DNA from: a virus
Taxonomy: Duplodnaviria; Caudoviricetes
Strand: one strand, 5' to 3'
IMG/VR virus record: IMGVR_UViG_3300020045_007319
Location: 1-31,398 of that record
DNA length: 31,398 bases
The translations under genes were made by a program, and so were the position numbers. The notes beneath the pieces were generated by a model. The model saw only the letters and a program-made list of their open reading frames with translations, was not told where the DNA came from and did no database searches. Below are positions 1 through 7,909 of the stretch, one piece after another. Position 1 is the stretch's first letter, and every line of letters begins with the position of its first letter.

Positions 1-121
1 GAAGAGAAAGACGAGTATAAAAATCTATTTGACTGTTTATTATATCTTCACGTGATACAGGTCCATCAATTATGTCTTGGTAGGTTATACGACTCATTAT
101 ATTTACTCCTTTTTATATATT
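1..121. repeat. Terminal direct repeat, copy 1 (circular assembly overlap)
   Basis: Bases 1-121 (GAAGAGAAAGACGAGTATAA...CTCCTTTTTATATATT) recur at the window end and cut through the ORF 31171..31374, as expected for an assembler k-mer overlap. Confidence 0.95.
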
Positions 122-213
122 TAAATAACTGAGAATCCAAGTTGATATTATCGGCTTACCTTAACATTTAACAGATGCTTGTAAATAATATCTAAGGGAT
201 TCTACATCACTTG

Positions 214-225
214 AATAGTATAAAA
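214..225 (-). promoter_or_regulatory. Putative late promoter motif TTTTATACTATT
   Basis: Exact motif copy downstream of the terminator at 254-305, facing the 67-aa gene (ATG at 97 / 31374) across the circular junction. Confidence 0.7.
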
Positions 226-253
226 CTTTTTTGGTGTAATTATATTTGGGCAC

Positions 254-305
254 AAAAAAAACCGTTTAAGAAGTTCGGAGAGCAATTCTTTCCTTCTTAA
301 ACGGT
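254..305 (-). terminator. Intrinsic terminator
   Basis: Perfect 13-bp stem ACCGTTTAAGAAG (261-273) / CTTCTTAAACGGT (293-305) followed by a U-tract on the minus strand. Confidence 0.85.
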
Positions 306-348
306 CAAAGGAGATATCGAATAAATGGCTAAAAATATCGATATCAGC
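254..348 (-). ncRNA. Putative ~95-nt small RNA
   Basis: Extended -10 TGTTATAAT at 355-363 (-), 5' hairpin GATATCGA/TCGATATC, a CU-rich UCUCCUUU segment, then the terminator; no substantial minus-strand ORF. Confidence 0.5.
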
Positions 349-404
349 ATTCTTATTATAACATAACTATCTAAAAATTTGCATATCTATTTTCATATTT
401 CTCC

Positions 405-431
405 TATTCTTTATTTAATATTCAAATCCCT
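405..431 (-). repeat. 27-bp inverted repeat, copy A (AGGGATTTGAATATTAAATAAAGAATA)
   Basis: Exact reverse complement of 2422-2448. Confidence 0.9.
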
Positions 432-462
432 TCTTTTATTTTCAAAATACTTAACTTTTTCT

Positions 463-720
463 TTATACCATTATTTCTTCAAACATATTTTCTTCAATTT
501 TCTTTTCTATTATTTTTTTAATTTTGGTTGAAGGACGAACTTTAGCTTTTAATGATTCAGAAGTTTTATCTAGAATATGATTACTAATTGTTTTTAGAAT
601 AATTACCCTTAATTGATTTGAAGGTAATTGTCTAGAATATTTTTGATAAATATATTTGGACATGGTTTTTAGCATTGTTTCTATATCGTTCTTTAATTCT
701 TTGTATTCTTTCTTTTCCAT
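463..720 (-). CDS. Hypothetical basic protein, 85 aa
   Basis: SD TAAGGAG upstream, own sigma-70-like promoter, Lys-rich. Confidence 0.75.
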   Translation of the reverse strand: MEKKEYKELKNDIETMLKTMSKYIYQKYSRQLPSNQLRVIILKTISNHILDKTSESLKAKVRPSTKIKKIIEKKIEENMFEEIMV

Positions 721-750
721 AATTATTCTCCTTATTTATTTTACGTTGAT

Positions 751-778
751 ATTATAATTTGTTTCTCCAAAATTTCAA
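751..778 (-). promoter_or_regulatory. Sigma-70-type promoter
   Basis: TTGAAA-16 bp-TATAAT, 30 bp upstream of the 463..720 ORF. Confidence 0.65.
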
Positions 779-1172
779 GAATAACTTTTTACACATTTAG
801 GGAGGGGGATAACCGGAATACTGGGGTGGGTTCTTCTCCTCTCTTCGTTCGTCGTATCTTTATGTTGATTGTCTTCCTGCCTCTAACCCCTTCTAGAATA
901 ATATCTTTGATGCCTTAGAATTATTAAAAGTGTTTATTAGAGTACTTCTCTTGTTTGGTTAGAAATTATAATTATAAGAACACCTAAGAGAAGTGTGATA
1001 AAAATTTATAGACACATGAAATTTAGTTATAGATTTTGATTTCTTGTAGACCTCCCGAATGTACTCATGAGGGATGGTACAGCTAGCAAAAATTCTAAAA
1101 AATTTCTCCTAAGAAGTGTAAATATAATATCTTATTATTCTTAAGATTATATAAGAGTATAATATAGAGAAA

Positions 1173-1312
1173 ACTCCAAAAGTTATAAGTATGTTAAATA
1201 TAGAAACTTATGACTTTTATCGAACGTGACAGTCAGGTAATTTTTACTCTAAAGTTACCTAAAAACATGTAGTAAAAAATGACATAAAAAACTTTTGGAG
1301 TAATTTTTACTC
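1173..1312. other. Repeat-dense non-coding segment (candidate origin or recombination site)
   Basis: Direct repeat GTAATTTTTACTC at 1237 and 1300; perfect inverted repeat ACTCCAAAAGTT 1173-1184 / 1290-1301; imperfect inverted repeat AAAAGTYATAAGT 1178-1190 / 1206-1218. Confidence 0.45.
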
Positions 1313-1382
1313 GACTAGAGAAAATTGTTTTTAATACATTTTAAGTGTTTTAGACTACAACCACACAAGTGACGTTCATGTT

Positions 1383-1550
1383 CTATTTAACTTGTTTTAG
1401 TAGTTCTGAAATTTTATTCATTTGTTCCAAAACTTTATCTAATGTATCTCCCGGAACAAATGGGTTTAAGAGATTATCTAATTGTTCTTCTATTCTATCT
1501 TTTCTTTTATAGAATTCATTAATATCTTTTTCTTCTTTTTCTTTATTCAT
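1383..1550 (-). CDS. Small hypothetical protein, 55 aa (below ORF-track cutoff)
   Basis: TAAGGAGTATTAAAATG start; MNKEKEEKDINEFYKRKDRIEEQLDNLLNPFVPGDTLDKVLEQMNKISELLKQVK. Confidence 0.7.
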   Translation of the reverse strand: MNKEKEEKDINEFYKRKDRIEEQLDNLLNPFVPGDTLDKVLEQMNKISELLKQVK

Positions 1551-1561
1551 TTTAATACTCC

Positions 1562-1957
1562 TTAATTACTGAACAAATATCCTATAGTTCCTAGTACCGT
1601 CAATACAACCAATATAGACAAACCAAGATTCTTCAAGAATTTTATTCCTTCTTCGGATTTTTCTTCTTTTGTTTGCTTACCAGAAATAATTACATCAAAT
1701 AATTCAGGATTTAACTTACGAATTCTAGAAAGCTCAGTACAATATTTTGTTGCATCATTTATTGTTTTTGTCATACTTTTAATTTCATCAGTATCGTTAA
1801 TAGCTTTTGCAGTTTCTAATTGTTTCTTGCTTATGCTAATATAATCATACATTTCTTCTTTTTTCCATTTAAAATTAAATCCAGAAGCAATAATAATTCT
1901 AGTCATTTCTTCTCTATTAATCTTGAAGTATTTTTCATTAATGTCTTGCATATTCAT
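1562..1957 (-). CDS. Hypothetical protein with C-terminal transmembrane anchor, 131 aa
   Basis: SD TAAGGAG; C-terminal hydrophobic helix LGLSILVVLTVLGTIGYLF. Confidence 0.8.
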   Translation of the reverse strand: MNMQDINEKYFKINREEMTRIIIASGFNFKWKKEEMYDYISISKKQLETAKAINDTDEIKSMTKTINDATKYCTELSRIRKLNPELFDVIISGKQTKEEKSEEGIKFLKNLGLSILVVLTVLGTIGYLFSN

Positions 1958-1968
1958 TTTAATACTCC

Positions 1969-2091
1969 TTATTTAACCAATTTGCCTATAGAACCATTAA
2001 AAGCCCATATACAGAGTAGCAATATCCCAATAGGAGGACAAGCTATACCAACAATAATTAATCCCAATATACCAATAAAACTACTAATCAT
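1969..2091 (-). CDS. Small membrane peptide, 40 aa (below ORF-track cutoff)
   Basis: AAGGAGAATAAAAATG start; MISSFIGILGLIIVGIACPPIGILLLCIWAFNGSIGKLVK fills the gap between neighbouring genes. Confidence 0.7.
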   Translation of the reverse strand: MISSFIGILGLIIVGIACPPIGILLLCIWAFNGSIGKLVK

Positions 2092-2104
2092 TTTTATTCT
2101 CCTT

Positions 2105-2323
2105 TCAATAACCAAGAATAACTAGTTCAAGCTTATACTTCCTAGACATATCCAACTTAGCCTGTTCTACCAACTTAGTTCCATTAAACAATCCAAGGAA
2201 CGTCCAAACTGTCTCAATATCATTAATATCAATTTCTTTGCTAGTATTAATCCTCTTCTCAGCTTCAAGTGCCATCTTCTTAGTCTCATCATTCTTTACA
2301 GTTATCTTCATTTCTCTATCCAA
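2105..2323 (-). CDS. Hypothetical protein, about 70 aa (true start may be ATG at 2311)
   Basis: First gene after the leftward promoter; ends in TGA immediately followed by the next SD. Confidence 0.7.
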   Translation of the reverse strand: MDREMKITVKNDETKKMALEAEKRINTSKEIDINDIETVWTFLGLFNGTKLVEQAKLDMSRKYKLELVILGY

Positions 2324-2368
2324 CCTTTCTTCTTTTGTTTATCTACTACCTTCTCTGACCATGAAACT

Positions 2369-2396
2369 AGTATAACAGATTCCTAAAAATAAGCAA
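2369..2396 (-). promoter_or_regulatory. Leftward early sigma-70-type promoter
   Basis: TTGCTT-16 bp-TATACT with extended -10 (TGnTATACT). Confidence 0.6.
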
Positions 2397-2421
2397 GAAA
2401 AAAATAAATAAAAATAATTAG

Positions 2422-2448
2422 AGGGATTTGAATATTAAATAAAGAATA
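2422..2448 (+). repeat. 27-bp inverted repeat, copy B, overlapping the rightward promoter
   Basis: Matches the reverse complement of 405-431; contains the -35 of TTGAAT-17 bp-TACATT (2428-2456). Confidence 0.85.
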
Positions 2449-2488
2449 AATACATTAGAATTTTTTAAGAATAAAAAGGAGAGTTCTA

Positions 2489-2974
2489 ATGAATAAAAAA
2501 TATGATAAGATTCTAGATGAGATGATAAGAGAACAAACATTAAAATCAGTAAAGGAGATATTATATGACTTATACGGAGCAAAATTATTATCAGTTAACG
2601 ATGAAAGTATTCCAACAAATGGATACTTTGACTACACTTTTCAAAGAGGGGAAACAATTAAAAAAATCGAAGGAGAAAAAACATCTTATTATTGGACAAC
2701 AAAAAATTCAGAATATAACGGAACTTCACAATTACCTTTCGTTGATTTTGCAAAAAGAAAGCTAGAGCACAACATTGCAGACATATTCATAATAATAGAT
2801 GATTTAAATAGATATGCATTTATTATTAGTAGAGAAAAATTATTTAAGAATTGTAAGTTTATTCAGAAGGATACACGTTATAGAGATAATGAGGACTTTG
2901 CTAGAATAGAAACGAAATATGGGAGTATAATAAAGAAAGATAAGCTAAATGATAAATGGATAAAGGAGGTTTAA
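2489..2974 (+). CDS. Putative PD-(D/E)XK-like nuclease-fold protein
   Basis: SD AAAGGAG; FDY...KIEGEK resembles the D...(E)xK catalytic pattern; family call is by eye. Confidence 0.45.
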   Translation: MNKKYDKILDEMIREQTLKSVKEILYDLYGAKLLSVNDESIPTNGYFDYTFQRGETIKKIEGEKTSYYWTTKNSEYNGTSQLPFVDFAKRKLEHNIADIFIIIDDLNRYAFIISREKLFKNCKFIQKDTRYRDNEDFARIETKYGSIIKKDKLNDKWIKEV

Positions 2975-3166
2975 ATGAAGAAGAAAAGAATAGATATAAA
3001 TAAACATGGGAAATATTTGTTATTGTTATCTAAAATCAAATCAGCTAATAAGCAAGATTTTTGGGACTTTTTTAAATCAGAAAAAGAACTTATCCAAAAA
3101 ATAGAAGAAGGAGAAAAATATAATTATGATTTGTACCTTGCCAGCAGAAGAAATATTGAACACTAA
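2975..3166 (+). CDS. Hypothetical protein, 63 aa
   Basis: SD AAGGAGG; abuts the previous stop codon. Confidence 0.75.
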   Translation: MKKKRIDINKHGKYLLLLSKIKSANKQDFWDFFKSEKELIQKIEEGEKYNYDLYLASRRNIEH

Positions 3167-3689
3167 AATAAAAAAATATCAATGGATTATAGGTTCAATA
3201 ATATTCCAATATAATTGTCCAAATAATTTAAAGGAAGATTGTACTAGCATAGGCAAAGAATCACTTATAGAAGCATTAGAAACTTATGACGAATCTAAAG
3301 GTAAATTATCTAGCTGGATTTTCTTCCGTGTGAGAATGAAAATTCAAAATTATTTATCTAGTGAAAGAATAAAAGGAGTAAAGGCAAGTAGACAGACAGC
3401 TAATAAATATTCAATAAATGCAAATAATGATTTACCAGATTGTACAGAACATGAAAACCCATTAACAATAATTTTAGAACAGGAGGATAAAAACGAAATA
3501 AATAAAAAATACGTAGAAACAATAAATAAACTTAATAGAAAAGTAACAAAAAAACAACGTAATATATTTTTAAGCTACTATAGAAACGAGAAGAGTATGA
3601 AGCAAATATCGGATGAAGAAAAAATAAGTTTGGGAAATGTTTCTGAAATTTTAAAGTTGTGCCGGAACATAATTAAAGGAGTAAAATGA
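3126..3689 (+). CDS. Sigma-70 family RNA polymerase sigma factor (regions 2 and 4)
   Basis: Region 2-like LIEALETYDESKGKLSSWIFFRVR; region 4 HTH KQRNIFLSYYRNEKSMKQISDEEKISLGNVSEIL. Confidence 0.85.
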   Translation: MICTLPAEEILNTKIKKYQWIIGSIIFQYNCPNNLKEDCTSIGKESLIEALETYDESKGKLSSWIFFRVRMKIQNYLSSERIKGVKASRQTANKYSINANNDLPDCTEHENPLTIILEQEDKNEINKKYVETINKLNRKVTKKQRNIFLSYYRNEKSMKQISDEEKISLGNVSEILKLCRNIIKGVK

Positions 3690-3883
3690 ATTTAAAAATA
3701 ATTGCAAGTATAAAAATAATCAATCAGGAAAACGAAGAATTGATTAAAGAACTTGGAGAAGGGTTAAGTATAAATGAAGAAACAATAAATTTATTCAAAG
3801 ATAACAATACATTAAAATATTATTTACACGATATCTGGCTTGGAAGTTTGAGTGATAGAGTTATAAAGGAAATACTTAAATGA
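3686..3883 (+). CDS. Hypothetical protein, 65 aa
   Basis: ATGA-coupled to both neighbours; SD AAAGGAG. Confidence 0.75.
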   Translation: MNLKIIASIKIINQENEELIKELGEGLSINEETINLFKDNNTLKYYLHDIWLGSLSDRVIKEILK

Positions 3884-4212
3884 TAAAGAAGCAAACTAAT
3901 AAAAATAAATGGATAGTTTTTTCTAAAGAATTAAAAAATAATGGGAATTTTCATTTTTGTCAGATGTGTGGATGTTCGGAAGGCAAAATAGACTTACATC
4001 ATATTTTTAAGAAAACTAATTATAAGAGTAAATATTGGTTTGACGAAGGAATAATAATTTCGTTATGTCCAAAGCATCATAAATTTGGAACTGAGTCTGC
4101 CCACGGAAATCCTATATTTTTTGCAGATTGGTTAAAAGAAAATAAGCCGGACACTTGGAATTATGTAATGAAAATAACCTTAAAAGAAATGGGACTAAGA
4201 CTACCTAAATAA
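3880..4212 (+). CDS. HNH-type endonuclease (NinG/Ref-like)
   Basis: CQMCG...DLHHI...LCPKHH zinc-binding beta-beta-alpha-metal motif. Confidence 0.8.
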   Translation: MIKKQTNKNKWIVFSKELKNNGNFHFCQMCGCSEGKIDLHHIFKKTNYKSKYWFDEGIIISLCPKHHKFGTESAHGNPIFFADWLKENKPDTWNYVMKITLKEMGLRLPK

Positions 4213-4213
4213 T

Positions 4214-4225
4214 TTTTATACTATT
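4214..4225 (+). promoter_or_regulatory. Putative late promoter motif TTTTATACTATT (only plus-strand copy)
   Basis: Exact motif ending 5 bp before the ATG of the holin-like gene. Confidence 0.65.
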
Positions 4226-4230
4226 CTATT

Positions 4231-4488
4231 ATGAGTATAGATAATAATATAGAAGCAATAGAAAAAGAATTAGTAGACAATAGTAAGCCTTGGTATCTTA
4301 GTAGAATTATAATAATAAATATAGGATTAATTGTTATTTATATTTTAGGTATACTAGGAATTAATCTTTATGATTTAGGTTGGGATGAACAAAGACTTAA
4401 CACTCTTGCCTCTCTAGTTATTCCAATAATTAATATCTATCTTAGAATTTCCACTGATAAACCTATTAAAAGAAAAGTTAGAAAATAA
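4231..4488 (+). CDS. Holin-like membrane protein (two TM segments)
   Basis: KPWYLSRIII motif, two hydrophobic helices, basic C-terminus, 85 aa. Confidence 0.6.
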   Translation: MSIDNNIEAIEKELVDNSKPWYLSRIIIINIGLIVIYILGILGINLYDLGWDEQRLNTLASLVIPIINIYLRISTDKPIKRKVRK

Positions 4489-4825
4489 TATCTTTTATTC
4501 TAATATCCAAGACATTTATAAGATTCCCATCACCTTTTTTTCCGTAAACTAATTGGATAATTTCTGGATAAGTATCATAAAAGTTAATAAAGAAACTAAT
4601 ATAATTTCCTAATGGATTGTTTTGTCCGTAAACCGAATATCTTCCTATTTTTAATTTATACCAATTATCAGATATATTTAACTTTTCATTATTATTGTAA
4701 AGATTTATAAAGTAGAGGTCTCTATCCATTTGATAATTATTTACAATTTTAAGGAATTCAGAATCTATTTTAAATTGAATCTGATCCATGTACTCAAACA
4801 TAGAGAAGCTGTATGTTTTAATCAT
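4478..4825 (-). CDS. Hypothetical protein, 115 aa
   Basis: Last gene of the minus-strand late region, convergent with the holin-like gene. Confidence 0.6.
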   Translation of the reverse strand: MIKTYSFSMFEYMDQIQFKIDSEFLKIVNNYQMDRDLYFINLYNNNEKLNISDNWYKLKIGRYSVYGQNNPLGNYISFFINFYDTYPEIIQLVYGKKGDGNLINVLDIRIKDIIF

Positions 4826-4826
4826 T

Positions 4827-4997
4827 TTATTTCCATTTAAATTCTTTATTCTTCCATCTAGATACGGGGAAAAAATAATTTAGGGCAGAAAAGATTAATC
4901 CTCCAATAGCACAAATAATCGTAACAGGCTCCTTTGGTTTATCTTTAATAGCTCTTTTAATTACAATAGTTCTTGGTTCTATAGGTTTAATAGGCAT
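4827..4997 (-). CDS. Small membrane protein, 56 aa (below ORF-track cutoff)
   Basis: MPIKPIEPRTIVIKRAIKDKPKEPVTIICAIGGLIFSALNYFFPVSRWKNKEFKWK tightly fills the gap between two genes. Confidence 0.6.
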   Translation of the reverse strand: MPIKPIEPRTIVIKRAIKDKPKEPVTIICAIGGLIFSALNYFFPVSRWKNKEFKWK

Positions 4998-4999
4998 AA

Positions 5000-5353
5000 T
5001 TATTTTGAAGCATTATAATAGGCAACTTCTTTTGAACTATTTGAATTATTTTGTCTTATTAAAGATTTAAGATCGTTTTTTATTTCAGAAATATCATTTT
5101 TAATATAAGATAATTGAGTGTCTACCCTAATTAATGTTTCATTCTTACTAAACCTGTCTTTCTCATTATTAGATACAGCATTCTCTAGTGTAGTTAATCT
5201 ATCTCCCATGCTATTTATATTAAAATATAACATCCCAGATAAAAATATTATTCCTATAATCCATACTGAGTTAGAAGAAATAAAATTAGTTAGCCAAGAA
5301 TTATTATCCCCCCTCCATCTCCTTTCTTTATTTTCTTCTACTTCCTTTACCAT
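5000..5353 (-). CDS. Single-TM coiled-coil protein (holin/XhlA-like or spanin-like lysis candidate)
   Basis: TM WIIGIIFLSGMLYF followed by heptad coiled coil; SD AGGAG; located at the end of the tail module. Confidence 0.55.
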   Translation of the reverse strand: MVKEVEENKERRWRGDNNSWLTNFISSNSVWIIGIIFLSGMLYFNINSMGDRLTTLENAVSNNEKDRFSKNETLIRVDTQLSYIKNDISEIKNDLKSLIRQNNSNSSKEVAYYNASK

Positions 5354-5376
5354 TTTTATTCTCCTTTTTTATTTAT

Positions 5377-5580
5377 TTACACTTGACTTGTAACAACAAC
5401 TAAATCGGTTACAGTTTGATTTTGAGTAGTATATTTATGTAACCCAATAGTTGTTATAAATATTCCCTCTAAACTGTTTGATTTAATATGTTCTAATGCC
5501 TCTTCTTCTGTTAAAAAATCTGCAATAAAATTATAGACTTCTTGGTCTGAATAAGCTTTTTGATATAATTTAATATTCAT
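5377..5580 (-). CDS. Hypothetical protein, 67 aa
   Basis: SD AAAGGAG. Confidence 0.7.
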   Translation of the reverse strand: MNIKLYQKAYSDQEVYNFIADFLTEEEALEHIKSNSLEGIFITTIGLHKYTTQNQTVTDLVVVTSQV

Positions 5581-5597
5581 TTTATTCTCCTTTTTAT

Positions 5598-7070
5598 TTA
5601 TGGATTATTTCCTACCATAGTATTTTGAATTTCTGTTTGAGTTAATGCACGTTTCCAAACCTGTACATCGGCAACACACCCGTTCCATTCTTGACCATAA
5701 GTATTATTTGCTCCAATATAGAATCTTGTCCAATTCATATTTGCAGCAAGTTGTGTTTCAATTTGATTGTCTTGTAATACACCATTTAAATATGTCTTCA
5801 TACGTTTAGTACCATCATCACTAATTACTATTGCTATATGTTTCCATCCAGATATACTTAATGGCAATATAATGGCAGAAGTAGAAGAATAAGTAGAATA
5901 AGTATATAATCCATCATTAAATATATTTCTAGTTGCTTCAAAATAATTGGCAAATCCATTTTCAATATTGCCAAGTATAACCTCAGAAGCAGAACCAGAA
6001 GCATTGTCCCCATCTCTCTTAGCCCAAAATTGTATAGTAAAATTAAATGTTGGTATAGTAGGTATTGATAATCCAGTTCCATAAATTAAATCATTATCAC
6101 CATCAAACTTATATCCACCTAATCCATAAGGAGCAGTTCCATCAGAAGTAGCTCCATCTATAGTTAAATGAGCACTTCCACCATAGGCTCCAGAATAATC
6201 ATTAGCATCCCCATCAAGCTTCCACCATGCCACTAGATCAGCCTGAGGAGCTAATGGAGATACACTTTGAGAACTCGAAGAGTCTACCGAAGAGCTAGAA
6301 GAACTAGAAGAGCTTGAAGAATCTATAGAAGAACTACTTGAACTTGAGCTACTAGAACTTGATTCAGAACTACTTGAAGAACTACTTGAACTTGAAGAGC
6401 TTGAACTAGATTCAGAACTACTAGAAGAGCTTGAATATTGTATAGAAGAACTAGAAGAAGAATACCCAATAGAACTACTACTAGAACTAGAATAATTTAT
6501 AGAACTAGAAGAGCTACTTGACGAATCTACTGAGCTTGAAGAACTACTTGATTCATATTCCTCAAAGAATACTGTGGGTTGTAACGGAGCAATACCCTGT
6601 GCAAAAATATTAAAATTACTATCAGCATCTTCCCAAACAATAGTTATATTAATATTATCCATATTAGTTGTAAAATAAGGAACGTCTAATAAATCTAAAA
6701 ATTGTATTTCTGGGTCTGCACTAGGAGTAGTTATATTATTTAATGTTACTAATTGTTCAGAACTAGAGCTTGAGCTGCTTTCCGAAGAACTTGAAGAGCT
6801 AGAAGATAATTCATTTATTCCAATAGTTCCTACAAAGAATGCATCCTGTCCATAATTATCCCCAATATAAACCTTCCATGTATATAATCCTGCCTCAACT
6901 GGAGAATTAATTAATCCTATACGTAAAGATACACCAGAATTATAATACCAACCATATTTTGTATTTAAAGCATTATGGTCTAATTGTAAATAAGTTGTTC
7001 TAGCATTATAAGAACAAAATTTCTTATTAGTATAGTTGCAATAAATAGTTAATGGAGGATATACAGACAT
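5598..7070 (-). CDS. Tail-associated protein with two poly-Ser tracts and a C-terminal LamG/concanavalin-A-like domain
   Basis: LVAWWKLDGDAND, FTIQFWAK, WKHIAIV, YLNG, WNGCVADVQVWKRALT are LamG motifs; Ser tracts at about 6259-6551 and 6759-6806. Confidence 0.8.
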   Translation of the reverse strand: MSVYPPLTIYCNYTNKKFCSYNARTTYLQLDHNALNTKYGWYYNSGVSLRIGLINSPVEAGLYTWKVYIGDNYGQDAFFVGTIGINELSSSSSSSSESSSSSSSEQLVTLNNITTPSADPEIQFLDLLDVPYFTTNMDNINITIVWEDADSNFNIFAQGIAPLQPTVFFEEYESSSSSSSVDSSSSSSSSINYSSSSSSSIGYSSSSSSIQYSSSSSSSESSSSSSSSSSSSSSSESSSSSSSSSSSSIDSSSSSSSSSSSVDSSSSQSVSPLAPQADLVAWWKLDGDANDYSGAYGGSAHLTIDGATSDGTAPYGLGGYKFDGDNDLIYGTGLSIPTIPTFNFTIQFWAKRDGDNASGSASEVILGNIENGFANYFEATRNIFNDGLYTYSTYSSTSAIILPLSISGWKHIAIVISDDGTKRMKTYLNGVLQDNQIETQLAANMNWTRFYIGANNTYGQEWNGCVADVQVWKRALTQTEIQNTMVGNNP

Positions 7071-7077
7071 TTATTCC

Positions 7078-7521
7078 TTATGTATATACAATATTTAGAA
7101 TATTAGTTTGGTGTAGGGCAACTGTAGTAATATCACTTGTACTATTACTTCTTAATTCTGTGTAATAAGTTATATATTTACTAGAACCCAAGTCGGCATC
7201 TACATTAGGTATTACACGTACAGTTACAACTCCGTTGGCTAAATCTGGAGTATCGGCAGAATTATTTATATTAGTACCATCTCCAGTAACCGTTTGACTT
7301 GGTGTATTTAATCCCAATTCATCTTTTTCACATATTCCCCATTTGAAATTGGATTGAGTACTTAAATCTAAAGCAACGGCATTCTGAGCTATATGATATT
7401 CTAATACATAATTTCCTGCCTCATACATAACTGGCATGGCTGTAGTTGTAGCTAAAAATGTACTATTTGTGTATGTCTGACCCGTTTGAATATCGAAATA
7501 GACCGGCAAAGTTACCTGCAT
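7078..7521 (-). CDS. Tail/baseplate accessory beta protein (BppU N-terminal-like, tentative)
   Basis: Beta-rich 147 aa with LDLS and DLANGVVTVRV; has its own late motif upstream. Confidence 0.5.
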   Translation of the reverse strand: MQVTLPVYFDIQTGQTYTNSTFLATTTAMPVMYEAGNYVLEYHIAQNAVALDLSTQSNFKWGICEKDELGLNTPSQTVTGDGTNINNSADTPDLANGVVTVRVIPNVDADLGSSKYITYYTELRSNSTSDITTVALHQTNILNIVYT

Positions 7522-7555
7522 GTTTTATTCTCCTATAAAATTTTATTCTCTTATT

Positions 7556-7567
7556 AATAGTATAAAA
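7556..7567 (-). promoter_or_regulatory. Putative late promoter motif
   Basis: Exact TTTTATACTATT, intergenic. Confidence 0.7.
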
Positions 7568-7576
7568 TAATATTAT

Positions 7577-7909
7577 CTACCATTTATACCCTATTAAACT
7601 TATTTGATATCCTAAGTCTTCTGGAATACTTAATTTAGAATCAAAAGGACAATATATACCTAAGTCTAATATATTTATTTTTTCTAGTCCTATTAATTTA
7701 GAAATAATACTTGTAGTTATAGAAAATTCTGGAATAAAAGTATTATCATATACTAGTCCACAATTTAATCCTATAGTATATTTATTTTCTAAACCGATTT
7801 GTAAATATGGGCTGTCTAATATTCCCGTACTTATTTTATATTCATTAGCATTTACATAAGAATAATTAAACAAAAGAAAAAATAATAAAATATAGAATAG
7901 TTTATACAT
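7577..7909 (-). CDS. Secreted small beta protein, outer-membrane-protein-like
   Basis: Signal peptide MYKLFYILLFFLLFNYSYVNA; amphipathic strands; terminal aromatic residue (GYKW). Confidence 0.55.
   Translation of the reverse strand: MYKLFYILLFFLLFNYSYVNANEYKISTGILDSPYLQIGLENKYTIGLNCGLVYDNTFIPEFSITTSIISKLIGLEKINILDLGIYCPFDSKLSIPEDLGYQISLIGYKW

Noticed and set aside
1-121. Biological terminal repeat
   Set aside because: It begins mid-gene and has the form of an assembler overlap; true termini cannot be inferred from it
1172-1199. Bona fide dif site
   Set aside because: Only the XerD-like arm matches; the XerC arm and inner symmetry are poor, so it is not listed as a feature
1820-2125. 101-aa plus-strand ORF
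   Set aside because: Antisense to three minus-strand genes with clear SDs
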